The notes under the pieces are model-generated. The model made no database searches. It was not told the DNA's origin and was given only the letters and a program-made list of their open reading frames with translations. The translations under genes were made by a program, and so were the position numbers. 64,000 bases of DNA from an uncultured archaeon (GTDB lineage: Archaea > Iainarchaeota > Iainarchaeia > Iainarchaeales > GCA-2688035), in NCBI GenBank assembly GCA_964354805.1, contig CAYHBD010000010.1, forward strand, positions 8,420-72,419, written 5' to 3'. This document shows, piece by piece, positions 10,501-17,818 of the stretch. Each line of letters begins with the position of its first letter. The stretch's first letter is position 1.

Positions 10501-10905
10501 TCAAAATTCGAGCAAATCCCCGACTTTTATCATCGGGAACCTGCCTTCCGCCCTGACAAAGATTGCACCGTGCTCTCCTTTCACCATGGCATTGGGGCTC
10601 TTGCTTCCTAACTGCAAATCAATGATGCGCAATTGCGTAGCCTGCACTTTTGTTTTCGCCTTTTTGCTTATTACACCGCTTGCAACAATGCCCTGCAGCA
10701 TTAGGCTGTCCTGCACATGGAAAACCCCGGTAACCTGAAAGGCATTGCCCATCATTGGCGTTTCAGCAATTGTAACTATTTCGTCCTTTACCTTTTTCTT
10801 TTCTTTAAGCTCAACTTCCATTGCCTTGCGCTTGCTTGCCTCAGGAATGCACACTCCAAGGCTGCGCTTTTTATCCTTTTCAAAAAGGCGCTGCAGAATC
10901 TCCAT
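10501..10905 (-). CDS. Small protein with EF-Tu domain-2-like beta barrel
   Basis: FQVTGVFHV..LQGIVASGVI..IIDLQ..GEHGAIFV..IKVGDLLEF. Confidence 0.6.
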   Translation of the reverse strand: MEILQRLFEKDKKRSLGVCIPEASKRKAMEVELKEKKKVKDEIVTIAETPMMGNAFQVTGVFHVQDSLMLQGIVASGVISKKAKTKVQATQLRIIDLQLGSKSPNAMVKGEHGAIFVRAEGRFPMIKVGDLLEF

Positions 10906-10923
10906 AACCAACCCTCTGCTCCC

Positions 10924-11007
10924 TTATATTATAGGTTATACTTAATCTCGCCCACATGAGGCTAAACAACTTCTCCTCTTCCCCAACCTTTATATTATAG
11001 GTTATAC
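10924..11007. repeat. 18-bp direct repeat ttatattataggttatac (10924-10941, 10990-11007) in a divergent intergenic region
   Basis: Exact repeat seen in sequence; contains a TATA-like core. Confidence 0.75.
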
Positions 11008-11044
11008 CTAAATGATTAAAAAATTGCCCATTCTTACTATTATC

Positions 11045-11530
11045 ATGAAACCGGCTGTTTACTGGAGAAGTGCCCTTGGCCTTTTCTGGGCATTCATGTT
11101 CTTCATTCTATTGTCACTTGTAATAGGCTTAACCTACTTGGAGAAGCTTGTCTTCTACCCTTATGCGATTTTTTTAAGCGCAATCCTTATTGTTTTCCTT
11201 GCTGCATTCGCATTATTCAAAAAAAGGTCAAAGGCAGGGCTTTACCTTTGCTTAATCCTCTCAGCACTTTTTGCATTAAACCAGATTGCGACACTTTTCA
11301 TTCTGTTAACCCAGCCATCTGAAATCCTGCCAACAGAGGTATTCAGCGCAGTTGCCAGCCTGCAGTCAACGCCCTTCCCGTTGATTGTTTCAGCCCTGCT
11401 TTTAATCTGGGCTCTGCTGCTCTGCATTGTCACCTGGAAGAGCAGGCCGTTGTTTGCGCCTGACATGCAAAAGGAACAAATTGCATGGTTTGAACAGGTG
11501 CAAAAAACAGAGGCTTATTCCTTCAAATAA
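11045..11530 (+). CDS. Membrane protein, 4 TM
   Basis: Hydrophobic segments. Confidence 0.7.
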   Translation: MKPAVYWRSALGLFWAFMFFILLSLVIGLTYLEKLVFYPYAIFLSAILIVFLAAFALFKKRSKAGLYLCLILSALFALNQIATLFILLTQPSEILPTEVFSAVASLQSTPFPLIVSALLLIWALLLCIVTWKSRPLFAPDMQKEQIAWFEQVQKTEAYSFK

Positions 11531-11631
11531 CGGCTTTGCCGAAGCAAGTTTTATGCTCAATTTATTCTTTCTTTCCCCACAATGTCAAGCATCAAAATAT
11601 TTCTTTTTTGTTTCATTGCTTGGCATTGTGC

Positions 11632-11716
11632 CAAGGCTTTCTTTTCTAAAGAAAGGCTTGCCGAAGGCATTTTTTCCCAAGCCTTTTGCACCGTAGTGCA
11701 AAAGGCTTGCCGAAAG
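11632..11716. repeat. Two intergenic palindromic modules of the family found in tRNA introns
   Basis: Minus strand reads AAGCCTTTTGCACTACGGTGCAAAAGGCTTGGGAAAA and AAGCCTTTCTTTAGAAAAGAAAGCCTTGG. Confidence 0.75.
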
Positions 11717-11749
11717 AATAAAATACAAGTTTAAACATAAAGTAAAGCA

Positions 11750-12196
11750 ATGAAAAAGGAAATTTTCTTAATTGTTTTTCTTTTTGGTGCTGTTGCTTTA
11801 AGCGGCTGCACTCAACCAGGGTCTGTTACTGTTTTCAAATACGTTTGCTTTGATGGCACGGTTGTGGAAAATCAATCTGATTGCCCTGCATTGCCTGATG
11901 TGAATTGCGAGCTAAGCTGCCCTTGCTCATGCCCCACGCCTGTTTTGCCTGAGACAAGCCAGGAGGAATTCATTCAGGGCCAGATAGATAAAGCAAACTA
12001 CTGCTCTGTAAAAGAGGACTGTGTTCTGGCTGAAAGCAAGTGCCCCTTCGGCTGCACTATTTTCGTCAACAAGAGCGAACTTGCCAGAATAAACAAAATA
12101 ATCAGCGAATACAGGCAAGTATGCAATCTTTCCTGCACGCCCCTGAAATACTATAACTGCGATGAAAACAAGTGCGTTGAAACAGACTGGGGTTAA
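11750..12196 (+). CDS. Cys-rich lipoprotein
   Basis: Signal peptide with LSGC lipobox; YVCFDGTVVENQSDCP and ANYCSVKEDC..CPFGC motifs. Confidence 0.8.
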   Translation: MKKEIFLIVFLFGAVALSGCTQPGSVTVFKYVCFDGTVVENQSDCPALPDVNCELSCPCSCPTPVLPETSQEEFIQGQIDKANYCSVKEDCVLAESKCPFGCTIFVNKSELARINKIISEYRQVCNLSCTPLKYYNCDENKCVETDWG

Positions 12197-12252
12197 AGGG
12201 CTGGCAACTCGGGCGAAAGAATAAAATAGGGGTTTGGCGTATAATTAATTAG

Positions 12253-12441
12253 GTGAATGCTTTGTTTAGATTTTTCAGGAGAAGAAAACTAATTCCTGTC
12301 CCTGCTTCCGGCAACACTCCGGGTGACAGAAGAGTTAGACCACCGATAATGACCGGCGTTCATCCATCTGTGGGAAGGGTTTACTTTGACCGATTTCTTG
12401 AGTTGTGGAAGCCAAACAAAAGAAAATCAAAAGAGCAATAG
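12253..12441 (+). CDS. Small Arg-rich orphan
   Basis: GTG start; MNALFRFFRRRK; own promoter-like sequence. Confidence 0.45.
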   Translation: MNALFRFFRRRKLIPVPASGNTPGDRRVRPPIMTGVHPSVGRVYFDRFLELWKPNKRKSKEQ

Positions 12442-12517
12442 CTGGAATTTTGCCCGAATTATTCTTCCCCTTAATTTTTCGCAGGGGCTGTAAGGAAATG
12501 CTTACAGTTTAGTGCAG

Positions 12518-12580
12518 TTACCTTAGTGTAATATAATAACCATTCTTATTTAAATATATTCGCTTATTACCTTAATGTAA
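12518..12580. promoter_or_regulatory. Two TTAC-N6-GTAA palindromic operators flanking a TATA box
   Basis: ttaccttagtgtaa 12518-12531 and ttaccttaatgtaa 12567-12580, with tttaaata between them. Confidence 0.6.
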
Positions 12581-12595
12581 CATTGAGGTGTTTTT

Positions 12596-12751
12596 GTGCC
12601 AAATCTACAGTTTTCAAAGGGCAGATGGAGCTTAACCATTCCTTTTGAAATGGTTGAATCAAAAGGCTGGCAGAAAGGCCAGCGCCTGCTATGCAATTTC
12701 AACGCCCAGGGCAACATTGAATTAAGCGAATTAAAGCCAAAAACAAAATAG
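12596..12751 (+). CDS. AbrB/MazE/SpoVT-type DNA-binding protein (51 aa)
   Basis: Not in ORF track; GAGGTG RBS; MPNLQFSKGRWSLTIPFEMVESKGWQKGQRLLCNFNAQGNIEL. Confidence 0.75.
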   Translation: MPNLQFSKGRWSLTIPFEMVESKGWQKGQRLLCNFNAQGNIELSELKPKTK

Positions 12752-12867
12752 GCCTGCTGCTCGTTTTCTGCCGTTGTAAAGCGCAGGTTTTTAAAGCTTT
12801 TTTTGAGGAAAAAGGTTTTTATAGTAGAAAAGCCTTTTTGTTACAAAACAAAGAAGGGAAAAAAAAG

Positions 12868-13314
12868 ATGCCTAAAGCACTGTTTTATATTGAGGGCAAA
12901 AACGTGCAGCATATTGGTTGCAGGCTAATTGTTACAAAACAATTAATCCACACTGGGCTCACTAAAGGCGGGGCATTCAATTTGCCTGACGGCAGGGTTG
13001 AAATTGTTTTGGAAGGGAGCGAAGACCAATTAAAAAACGCCCACAACTATATTAAAGACAATTTGATTGAATGGATAAAGCAATCAGCAAACGAAAGGGA
13101 AGAACTAAAGCGATTGATTGGAAACCCAAAGCCTGATGTCAAAATCAGTGAATTAGAGTTTAACGATTCACTGCTTGTGCTTGACATTGGGTTATTCAGC
13201 CATTCATTAACCTTTGACCAAATATACAAGGGAATAGACGTTTACAAAGATTTAACAAAATCAATCCTGCTTCTTAATCAAACACTAAAAAACAAAAACT
13301 CAGCCGGGAACTAA
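12868..13314 (+). CDS. Acylphosphatase-like protein with C-terminal extension
   Basis: GKNVQHIGCR..FNLPDGRVEIVLEG retains the catalytic R and N. Confidence 0.8.
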   Translation: MPKALFYIEGKNVQHIGCRLIVTKQLIHTGLTKGGAFNLPDGRVEIVLEGSEDQLKNAHNYIKDNLIEWIKQSANEREELKRLIGNPKPDVKISELEFNDSLLVLDIGLFSHSLTFDQIYKGIDVYKDLTKSILLLNQTLKNKNSAGN

Positions 13315-13646
13315 AAGAAGGCACTATTATAGTGAAAAAAGAAAGAGTAGCCTTCCGCTGCTGGCACTGCTTTGAATAGCTGATTGTTTTTCCTTGCTTT
13401 GAAAGGAACTTGGCAATATCCCGAACAGAACCATTTTGGGGAGCAGAACCTTCTTTGCCCTTAACATGTTTGCCTGATTTATAAGCACTGTAAAACTGTT
13501 TTACAGTGCCTGCTTTTGATTGCAGCCATGCTCTCGCTAAAACAATCGAGCCCTCTACATCGTGAAAGTCTGTGTCCCGCTGCTCCGGCAACAAATGCCT
13601 GCTGCTTGAATTTTATATAAAACTCTAAAAAAAGCAAAAGGAGGCG

Positions 13647-13725
13647 GGGCGGGAAAAAAAGAGAAAAAAACCCGCCCTGTTTTTTTTTCAAATAGCAGGC
13701 GTTGAAACGCCTGCTGCTTTTTCTT
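13647..13725. terminator. GC-rich hairpins with T tracts
   Basis: gggcggg..cccgccc followed by a T run; agcaggcgtt-ga-aacgcctgct 13694-13715. Confidence 0.5.
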
Positions 13726-13831
13726 TTTTTTCAAGCAATTGCTTTGTCTTTTCTATTTCTTCCATTTAAATGCACTGCTTGAAATAAGCCGGGAAAAAAT
13801 TGAAACCCGTGTGGCGCATAACAAAACCCTT

Positions 13832-14197
13832 TCAGGCAATTTGTGTTTCAACCAGCTGCCTTGACCACATGAACAAAACCAAGACAACAACAAGGATTAA
13901 AATAATCCAGCCGAAAGAAAAAAAGAAGCCTACAACATCAAAGCTGGTGGCGAAGCTTTCCTGACTGGCTTGAACAACATCCTGCAGCTGTGCCTTTATG
14001 CCCGCATCCTCAATTGTTGAAAAGCTTTGCTCTGCATCAGCAATCAGCGACTGCCCTTGTGCCATGAATGAAATATTTATCAATTGGGTGAATGGCAAAA
14101 GCAGGGCAAACAAAAACAGCAGGAAAATGGAGAGCGAAACGAAAGCCATGAACAAGGAAACACTGCCCCTGCCGCCTAATTTTTTTATCTCAAACAT
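13832..14197 (-). CDS. Element membrane protein with N- and C-terminal TM; candidate virion protein
   Basis: KKLGGRG followed by a hydrophobic helix (class III-like processing site); second TM at C-terminus; GGTGTG RBS. Confidence 0.7.
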   Translation of the reverse strand: MFEIKKLGGRGSVSLFMAFVSLSIFLLFLFALLLPFTQLINISFMAQGQSLIADAEQSFSTIEDAGIKAQLQDVVQASQESFATSFDVVGFFFSFGWIILILVVVLVLFMWSRQLVETQIA

Positions 14198-14245
14198 TTG
14201 CCATCACACCAACACACATATTATGTGCCTTCCAATTAAAATTTT

Positions 14246-14497
14246 TTACGCTCCGATTTTTTTTTCAATTGCCACAATTTTTTCCAATGTAGTTTTTTTC
14301 ATTTCACTCTCTGGCCATCGCTCAACTTGCGCTTTCAGCAAGCCCACTTCAATTTTCTGAAAGCCTGATATTGTTTTGCGCTCCTCGCTGCCCAGGTTCT
14401 TCTTCGCAGCTCGCTTTTGCAAGCGAACAAACTGATTAAGACAACTAAAAACGCTTTCAAAGTCCAAATACATCAAACCACCTCCTTTTTCGTTCAC
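14246..14497 (-). CDS. Hypothetical protein (element)
   Basis: Co-directional ORF; GGAGGTGG RBS before MYLDF. Confidence 0.55.
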   Translation of the reverse strand: MNEKGGGLMYLDFESVFSCLNQFVRLQKRAAKKNLGSEERKTISGFQKIEVGLLKAQVERWPESEMKKTTLEKIVAIEKKIGA

Positions 14498-14543
14498 TTT
14501 CCCGAGATAAACAATCTAAATTAAACACAACCCAACATATTCA

Positions 14544-15455
14544 TTACACTTTTAGCCGCCCTGTTGAAATCAGGGCATTTAATGCTCGCTGCAAGTTCCT
14601 TGAAACAACTTCACCACAGGAGAAATGCGCTCTAATCAAACCCACGTCAGCATAAGGCTTTCCCCTTTTATCAATGCCCGTTAAGTCTTTAATCTGCCGA
14701 ACGGCTTCCTCAAGCAATGGCTTGAAATCAATCTTTTCAATCGCCTTACCTTTCTCCCGCAGCAACTGCTCGTGCCACCTGGCAAGATTAACATCAATGT
14801 AATCAGCTTTCTTTTTCTCATAAGCGTCAACCAGCTCTTTTCTCGGCAGCGGAATAGATATTTTATCAATCCTTGAAACCTCGCCTTTCACATCCCTAAC
14901 CCTGGGCTTTGGCATATACTGTTTCCCGCTCATAGCCGAAACAGTGCTCCAGTAAAACTGTGCAAAACTGCGCTTGCTGCGAAAATCAATGCTCTCAAAC
15001 TTTGCAATGCCCGTTATGCCAACCTTGCGCACAACACTGTCAATTTGTGAAATCATGGGTGCACACATGAAAACAATAAACCCTTTTGCCCTGTAGGTTG
15101 TAACTGTGAAATTCATCCGCTTGTTTTCCTTTGTCATCGCATTCCGGGCGCTCGCTGCCTTTTCGCTGCCAGCAATTTCATCAAAAAGAATAACGCTGCC
15201 CCGCTTTAATTTTCCCTTTGAATCCCCGTTTCGCATAAGCCCAATAAAGTCTTCAACACTGAAAACAATGCGGTCGCTATTAAAGCCCGAATCCAAGTCT
15301 TGCCCAAAACGAATAGCTGCCGTGCTTTTGCCCGTGCCAGGCTTCCCAATAAACAAGAACGTGCAGTTTTGTTTTTGGCGATAAATATCCCGCCAGACCT
15401 GGCGATAAATGAAATTTCTTTTGATTTTCAACGGCATTACCTGCGTCATACTCAT
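14544..15455 (-). CDS. P-loop ATPase (Zot/B251-like; putative packaging or extrusion ATPase)
   Basis: Walker A GKPGTGKS, RIVFSVEDF, Walker B VILFDE, YRAKG..IDSVVR. Confidence 0.75.
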   Translation of the reverse strand: MSMTQVMPLKIKRNFIYRQVWRDIYRQKQNCTFLFIGKPGTGKSTAAIRFGQDLDSGFNSDRIVFSVEDFIGLMRNGDSKGKLKRGSVILFDEIAGSEKAASARNAMTKENKRMNFTVTTYRAKGFIVFMCAPMISQIDSVVRKVGITGIAKFESIDFRSKRSFAQFYWSTVSAMSGKQYMPKPRVRDVKGEVSRIDKISIPLPRKELVDAYEKKKADYIDVNLARWHEQLLREKGKAIEKIDFKPLLEEAVRQIKDLTGIDKRGKPYADVGLIRAHFSCGEVVSRNLQRALNALISTGRLKV

Positions 15456-15925
15456 TCCTCAAAATCAAAGTTTTTGCTTTTCACCGGCATCAAATTTGCT
15501 GCTCCAAACTGGGAAATGAGCAAGTCTTGAAGCTCACTCAACAAATCAAGGTATTGGTCAACCCCGTCATTAAAAAAAAACGTTTGCCCGTTTACCTGAA
15601 CCTGTTCAAGCAGCCGCAGCCGTATTTTTGCCCCGTTTATTTCCAATACATATTTTTGGTGCATTTTTGTTTTCAGTTTTGCGGACTTTGTTTTGTAGTC
15701 TTCCGTTAAAAAAGAGTTCAGCATGCTCTCAATCGTTCTGATTGCAGAATAAGCTCCTCTTGCAACCGCAACCCGCCCGTCAAACGTTTTGCGCCTCGCT
15801 TGCGAAACAGAAACCAAAAAATTATAACGGTCAAGTTCCTGCAAAACCAAGTATTGCAGGTTTGTTCGTTCATTGCGAATGTCCTCCACATTCATGCTCG
15901 CCAGAAAGCCCGTTTCCTCACTCAT
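15452..15925 (-). CDS. Hypothetical protein (element)
   Basis: ATGA-coupled to both neighbours. Confidence 0.7.
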   Translation of the reverse strand: MSEETGFLASMNVEDIRNERTNLQYLVLQELDRYNFLVSVSQARRKTFDGRVAVARGAYSAIRTIESMLNSFLTEDYKTKSAKLKTKMHQKYVLEINGAKIRLRLLEQVQVNGQTFFFNDGVDQYLDLLSELQDLLISQFGAANLMPVKSKNFDFEE

Positions 15926-16308
15926 TTAGTTTTCGCCTCCGCTTTTTCAATCAAGTCCGAAAAATCGCAGCCTTTTGGCTCGGACTTAAAAACCACTGCA
16001 AGCAACAGTTTGAGTTTAAAGTTTGCTGCCCGAACATTCCTAAATTTTTCCTCGCAATCTTGGTTTTGGCGAAAATCCAAAACGGCCTGCTCAAAACCTT
16101 TTTCGTCAGGAATCAGGCCTCGGGCGAAAACAATAGCTTCAAGGTTGTCCACTGCTACGCTAAAATAAATCATGCCATCCTCAAACTTTCCGAGTTCTGC
16201 GCTTTTTGGCAAAATGTTCAACGCAGCCCACAAAGCCGCATCGGTGCATCGTTCCGCCAAATTCTTCCTGCTAAAACCTGACCATTCGTTATCTTCCTGT
16301 TTTTTCAC
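15922..16308 (-). CDS. Hypothetical protein (element)
   Basis: GAGGTG RBS; coupled to the next ORF. Confidence 0.65.
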   Translation of the reverse strand: MKKQEDNEWSGFSRKNLAERCTDAALWAALNILPKSAELGKFEDGMIYFSVAVDNLEAIVFARGLIPDEKGFEQAVLDFRQNQDCEEKFRNVRAANFKLKLLLAVVFKSEPKGCDFSDLIEKAEAKTK

Positions 16309-16313
16309 CTAAA

Positions 16314-16574
16314 TCACCTCATTGATTTTTTTTTATAAAAAAAAATTGGGCGCTTCATTACAACTCTCTGGCTTTCAAAAAAGTCACTACGCCAGCATTC
16401 AATCTTTGAAACAAAAAAACCCTGCGCCTGCAATTCCCGCAGCTCACTCTCGGTTTTAGGCACGGCCATCTCAAAGGCTGACGGGTAAACCATCTGCGGC
16501 AGGCGGCGGGATGGAGTGAGCCGCCTGCCTTTTAACTTGGAGGTTTTTTTTCCACGAATTAAAATATGTTTCAT
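16314..16574 (-). CDS. Basic hypothetical protein (element)
   Basis: MKHILIRGKK..; ATGA overlap with the upstream 59-aa ORF. Confidence 0.55.
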   Translation of the reverse strand: MKHILIRGKKTSKLKGRRLTPSRRLPQMVYPSAFEMAVPKTESELRELQAQGFFVSKIECWRSDFFESQRVVMKRPIFFYKKKSMR

Positions 16575-16750
16575 TTTGCAACCCGCCCAGCAAATTTTCC
16601 ATGTAAATAAAAAACATAAACCCCAAAAAGGAAAACAATTGCAAGCACAGCGAAAGCCAGCAGAATATTCAAAATGGAAAAAAGCAGGCCAATGCCACAG
16701 GCCGCAACAGCAAGCAGCAAGCAGGCAACAGCGAGCAAAAGTTTTTTCAT
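16571..16750 (-). CDS. 59-aa two-helix hydrophobic protein (element)
   Basis: Not in ORF track: MKKLLLAVACLLLAVAACGIGLLFSILNILLAFAVLAIVFLFGVYVFYLHGKFAGRVAK; ATGA coupling at both ends. Confidence 0.7.
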   Translation of the reverse strand: MKKLLLAVACLLLAVAACGIGLLFSILNILLAFAVLAIVFLFGVYVFYLHGKFAGRVAK

Positions 16751-16998
16751 TCAACCATCACCCACCACACGGTTGTAGAATTTGAAACTTCAATTTTAAC
16801 AAGTCCAGCGATACGCAATTCTTGCAAAGCAATTATTGTTTCGGTTTCCGAAAAACCGTTGTTTGGATTTCCATAAATCTCCCAAGCCAAAAAATGCTTA
16901 TCGCTTGGTCGCGTTTCCGCTCTATTCCAATTCGGCATTTTCACGTTTTTGGCTTTTGGCAATTCAAGAATCTTTTTCAACAAGAGTTGCTGTTGCAT
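16747..16998 (-). CDS. Small winged-helix-like protein (element)
   Basis: ETIIALQELRIAGLVKIE..TTVWW wing pattern; AGGTG RBS. Confidence 0.5.
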   Translation of the reverse strand: MQQQLLLKKILELPKAKNVKMPNWNRAETRPSDKHFLAWEIYGNPNNGFSETETIIALQELRIAGLVKIEVSNSTTVWWVMVE

Positions 16999-17317
16999 AG
17001 TGTTCACCTTCCAAAAAACTTTGTTTTGACTCTAATTTTTGGCGTTTGGCTTCAAGCCAATTTTTTAGCTCGCTTTCCAAACCCTGTAAGTATTCAGGGA
17101 CTGCGGTCATGCGCCAAATTTCTTTTGCTGCCTCAAGGTCTTGTTCAAAAATTGTTTGGCGTTTTTGTTGCCTGGTGAGAAAAGCCGCGCACTTCAAAAA
17201 CTGTTTCGTTTCCTTTTGCATTGCGCGGTCTAAAGCCAAGCGGGATTTGCCTGATATCCGAATGCCTAACTCTTTTATTAACTCACTAACCGCTGCGCTT
17301 CGCAATAACTTGCTCAT
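16964..17317 (-). CDS. Archaeal histone-fold protein with C-terminal coiled-coil extension
   Basis: Aligns by eye to HMf: AAVSELIKELG-IRISGKSRLAL..AAFLTRQQKRQTIFEQDLEAA (L1 RIS, L2 RxTIxxxD); GGAGG RBS. Confidence 0.85.
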   Translation of the reverse strand: MSKLLRSAAVSELIKELGIRISGKSRLALDRAMQKETKQFLKCAAFLTRQQKRQTIFEQDLEAAKEIWRMTAVPEYLQGLESELKNWLEAKRQKLESKQSFLEGEHYATATLVEKDS

Positions 17318-17523
17318 AAAAAAACCTCCTGAGATTCTATTACAATAGGCGCAATATCAGCCCTTTTTTTAAGCAAACCAATGGATTGGAGCGCAAAATC
17401 AGCGCGCAATGTTGAAAAGAGGCAAAACCAAGCGCGCTGCCCTATAGCAAATGGCTTTTGAACACGTTCGAAAATGCGAACCGGTTTTTTCTCATTGATT
17501 TTTGACTGCAAATCACTTTCCAT
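17314..17523 (-). CDS. Hypothetical protein (element)
   Basis: Coupled small ORF. Confidence 0.5.
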   Translation of the reverse strand: MESDLQSKINEKKPVRIFERVQKPFAIGQRAWFCLFSTLRADFALQSIGLLKKRADIAPIVIESQEVFL

Positions 17524-17818
17524 TCAAAACACCAACCTGCTGCGTTTTTTTCAAAATATATCCTGTCGCATCAAAAGGGCTATTTGGAATAAAGCAATGA
17601 GCGCACCGGTGCCCAAGCCCCCGGCCATGTTTGTGCAAACAATGGCAGAAATCGCACCAAAACTGCCAGCCGCCCAAAAAATCCTGCCTGGGTTCAACCA
17701 AAACGATTGGAATGCCGTCTTTGTGGCCTAAAATAACAGTTTTTTCAGGCATTTGCAACCACTCCCTCTCCGTTTTGTGTGGGCGGTCTGCCACTCTGGG
17801 CATTCTTACCCACGACAT
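17513..17818 (-). CDS. Small Zn-binding protein (element)
   Basis: FWCDFCHCLHKHG..HRCAHC motif. Confidence 0.6.
   Translation of the reverse strand: MSWVRMPRVADRPHKTEREWLQMPEKTVILGHKDGIPIVLVEPRQDFLGGWQFWCDFCHCLHKHGRGLGHRCAHCFIPNSPFDATGYILKKTQQVGVLNGK

Noticed and set aside
11632-11716. Possible CRISPR array from repeated palindromes
   Set aside because: No regular repeat-spacer periodicity and no cas genes in the window
13357-13367. GTGCCAGCAGC on the minus strand, matching a conserved 16S rRNA motif
   Set aside because: Only 11 nt, with no other rRNA similarity
16314-16754. 146-aa Cys-rich ORF as given in the track
   Set aside because: The N-terminal half is an off-frame reading of the 59-aa hydrophobic gene; ATGA coupling supports two genes
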